Assembly: GCF_900199515.1 (NCBI RefSeq) | Contig: NZ_LT963434.1 | Span: 993,272-1,025,271, forward strand | From: Massilicoli timonensis | Lineage (GTDB): Bacteria; Bacillota_I; Bacilli_A; Erysipelotrichales; Erysipelotrichaceae | Length of the DNA: 32,000 nt | Direction of reading: 5' to 3' | Part shown: piece after piece, positions 30,526 through 32,000 of the stretch | How positions within the stretch are numbered: position 1 is the first letter of the stretch | Layout of the letters: the number at the start of each line of letters is the position of its first letter | Made by a program: the position numbers and the translations under genes | The notes under the pieces: model-generated | Databases searched by the model: none | What the model saw: the letters and a program-made list of their open reading frames with translations, nothing else | Told to the model about the DNA's origin: nothing

Positions 30526-32000
30526 CTACTGCGTCAGTTCCTGCATCGCTTTCTGATAGTGTACGGTTTTCTCATGCGCATCGGCTAATGAATCGCCCTT
30601 GATGCAGTAATAAAACTTGCACTTTGGTTCCGTACCGCTTGGTCGAATCGCAATCCAACTGCCATCCTCCAAATAGTATTTCAATACGTCTGAAGAAGTG
30701 AAGCCGCATAATGCTTTGACTGCACCGTTTTCTTTTATTACGGCTTCTTTATAGTCCTCCATCTTCACGACCTTTGTACCGTTGATTTGTGATAGATCGC
30801 TGTTTCTTAAATCAGTCAAGATTGCTTTGATACGTTCTGCGCCTTCCTGTCCTTTCAATGTCAATGATGTCTGACTTTCCTCATAGTAGCCTAATTCTTC
30901 ATATAAGCCATATAACACATCGACCAAGGTTTTCCCTTGTGCTTTGTAGTAACAAGCCGCCTCAGCCAGCATTAAGCACGCCTGTGGTGCGTCTTTATCA
31001 CGAACGAACGGACTGATCAAAGAACCGTAGCTTTCTTCATAGCCGAATACATATTGTTTTTCATTGTTGATCTCATATTGAGCGACTTTCTCACCGATGA
31101 ATTTGAAGCCGGTCAAGGTCTTTTCCGTTTCCACACCGTATTTCGCTGCGATCTTTTCACCGAGATCACTTGTTACGACCGTATTGAACATGACCGGATG
31201 CGGCGGCATTTCCCCTTTGGCTTTCATCTGTGAGAAAATATATTCGATCAGCACCGATCCGCTCTGATTGCCGGTAAGCAGCACATACTCGCCCTGATGC
31301 TTGACACCGACGCCCATACGATCCGCATCAGGATCACATACCAGAATAATATCGGCATCTGCTTTCTTTGCATATTGCAGCGCCAGTTCATAGGCGCCTT
31401 TTTCTTCCGGGTTCGGGGTTGGCGTATTGGAAAAGTTCGGGTCCGGCGTACATTGCTCTTCCACTGCCACAAAATGATACCCGCATCTTGTATATAACTC
31501 TTTTACCGGAATATTCGCCGTTCCATGCTCCGGTGTAAAGACGATCAGTACATCACTCTTGTTGATCTGCGGATTTAACTGAATTCCCATTACTTTTTCA
31601 TAATAGGCTTCATCTACTTCTTCACCGATCACATGGATCAACGCTTCCTGCTCTTTACTAAGATCAACCGTAATGGCAAGAGGATCTTCTACCGCATTCA
31701 CGCGATCAATGACCTGCTTTGCCAAATGCGGCACTAACTGGCATCCTTTCTCATCATACAGCTTATAACCGTTGTATTCTTTCGGATTATGACTGGCGGT
31801 TACCATGATCCCGCCAAAACAGTGCAGATAACGCACCGCAAATGATAATTCCGGAGTCGGGCGCAGAGAAGCAAATACATAAGAAGGAATGCCATGCTTC
31901 GCTAATACCTTGGCAGAATCCATCGCAAATTCATAGGACATATGACGGTTATCATAGCCGATCGCCACACCGCGTTTTTTCGCTTCTTCCCCATTGCTTT
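30526..32000 (-). CDS. pgm: Phosphoglucomutase (alpha-D-phosphohexomutase family), 5'-truncated by the window edge
   Basis: Catalytic Ser loop TASHNPKEYNGYK, Mg loop CDPDADR, sugar loop GYEESYG. The reading frame stays open from 31968 to the window end (..SNGEEAKKRGVAIGYDNR). The track start at 31968 is an internal GTG. Confidence 0.9.
   Translation of the reverse strand, partial: SNGEEAKKRGVAIGYDNRHMSYEFAMDSAKVLAKHGIPSYVFASLRPTPELSFAVRYLHCFGGIMVTASHNPKEYNGYKLYDEKGCQLVPHLAKQVIDRVNAVEDPLAITVDLSKEQEALIHVIGEEVDEAYYEKVMGIQLNPQINKSDVLIVFTPEHGTANIPVKELYTRCGYHFVAVEEQCTPDPNFSNTPTPNPEEKGAYELALQYAKKADADIILVCDPDADRMGVGVKHQGEYVLLTGNQSGSVLIEYIFSQMKAKGEMPPHPVMFNTVVTSDLGEKIAAKYGVETEKTLTGFKFIGEKVAQYEINNEKQYVFGYEESYGSLISPFVRDKDAPQACLMLAEAACYYKAQGKTLVDVLYGLYEELGYYEESQTSLTLKGQEGAERIKAILTDLRNSDLSQINGTKVVKMEDYKEAVIKENGAVKALCGFTSSDVLKYYLEDGSWIAIRPSGTEPKCKFYYCIKGDSLADAHEKTVHYQKAMQELTQ

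Overview
Chromosomal window from a low-GC Gram-positive (Bacillota-type) genome. This is inferred from AGGAGG-type Shine-Dalgarno sites, sigma-A-like promoters, a GlgD-containing glycogen operon, lipobox and cell-wall sorting signals, and a Bce-type module. Any finer taxonomic guess cannot be checked here. Almost all genes are on the minus strand. The backbone is glycogen metabolism split into four blocks: glgC-glgD-glgA, pulA, glgB and glgP, and a 5'-truncated pgm. Housekeeping genes lie between them: pta, a THF-riboswitch-controlled folT, folC, ung and a TrpH-like PHP phosphoesterase. Four accessory modules interrupt this backbone. (1) An 1104-aa LRR surface protein lies next to a tyrosine recombinase. 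Between them are three copies of a lox-like palindrome (10-11 bp arms, asymmetric AAAC/GTTT core). Two copies form a 25-bp perfect inverted repeat around a 175-bp segment that carries an outward-facing sigma-A promoter and a terminator. I read this as an undescribed phase-variable invertible promoter switch, captured in the OFF orientation. (2) A visibly AT-rich cassette encoding a secreted 198-aa protein is bracketed by ~226-bp, ~98% identical direct repeats, each carrying a 53-aa single-pass membrane protein gene plus its terminator. (3) A BceRS-BceAB-type antimicrobial-peptide sensing and detoxification module sits between glgP and pulA. (4) An XRE-HTH regulator of 413 aa with a helical-repeat C-terminus is followed by an unannotated 39-aa secreted pro-peptide gene and a lipoprotein gene. 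This is the PlcR/PapR-like (RNPP) quorum-sensing layout. No rRNA, tRNA, CRISPR array or transposase was seen. All calls come from reading the sequence and the ORF track; no database search was run.
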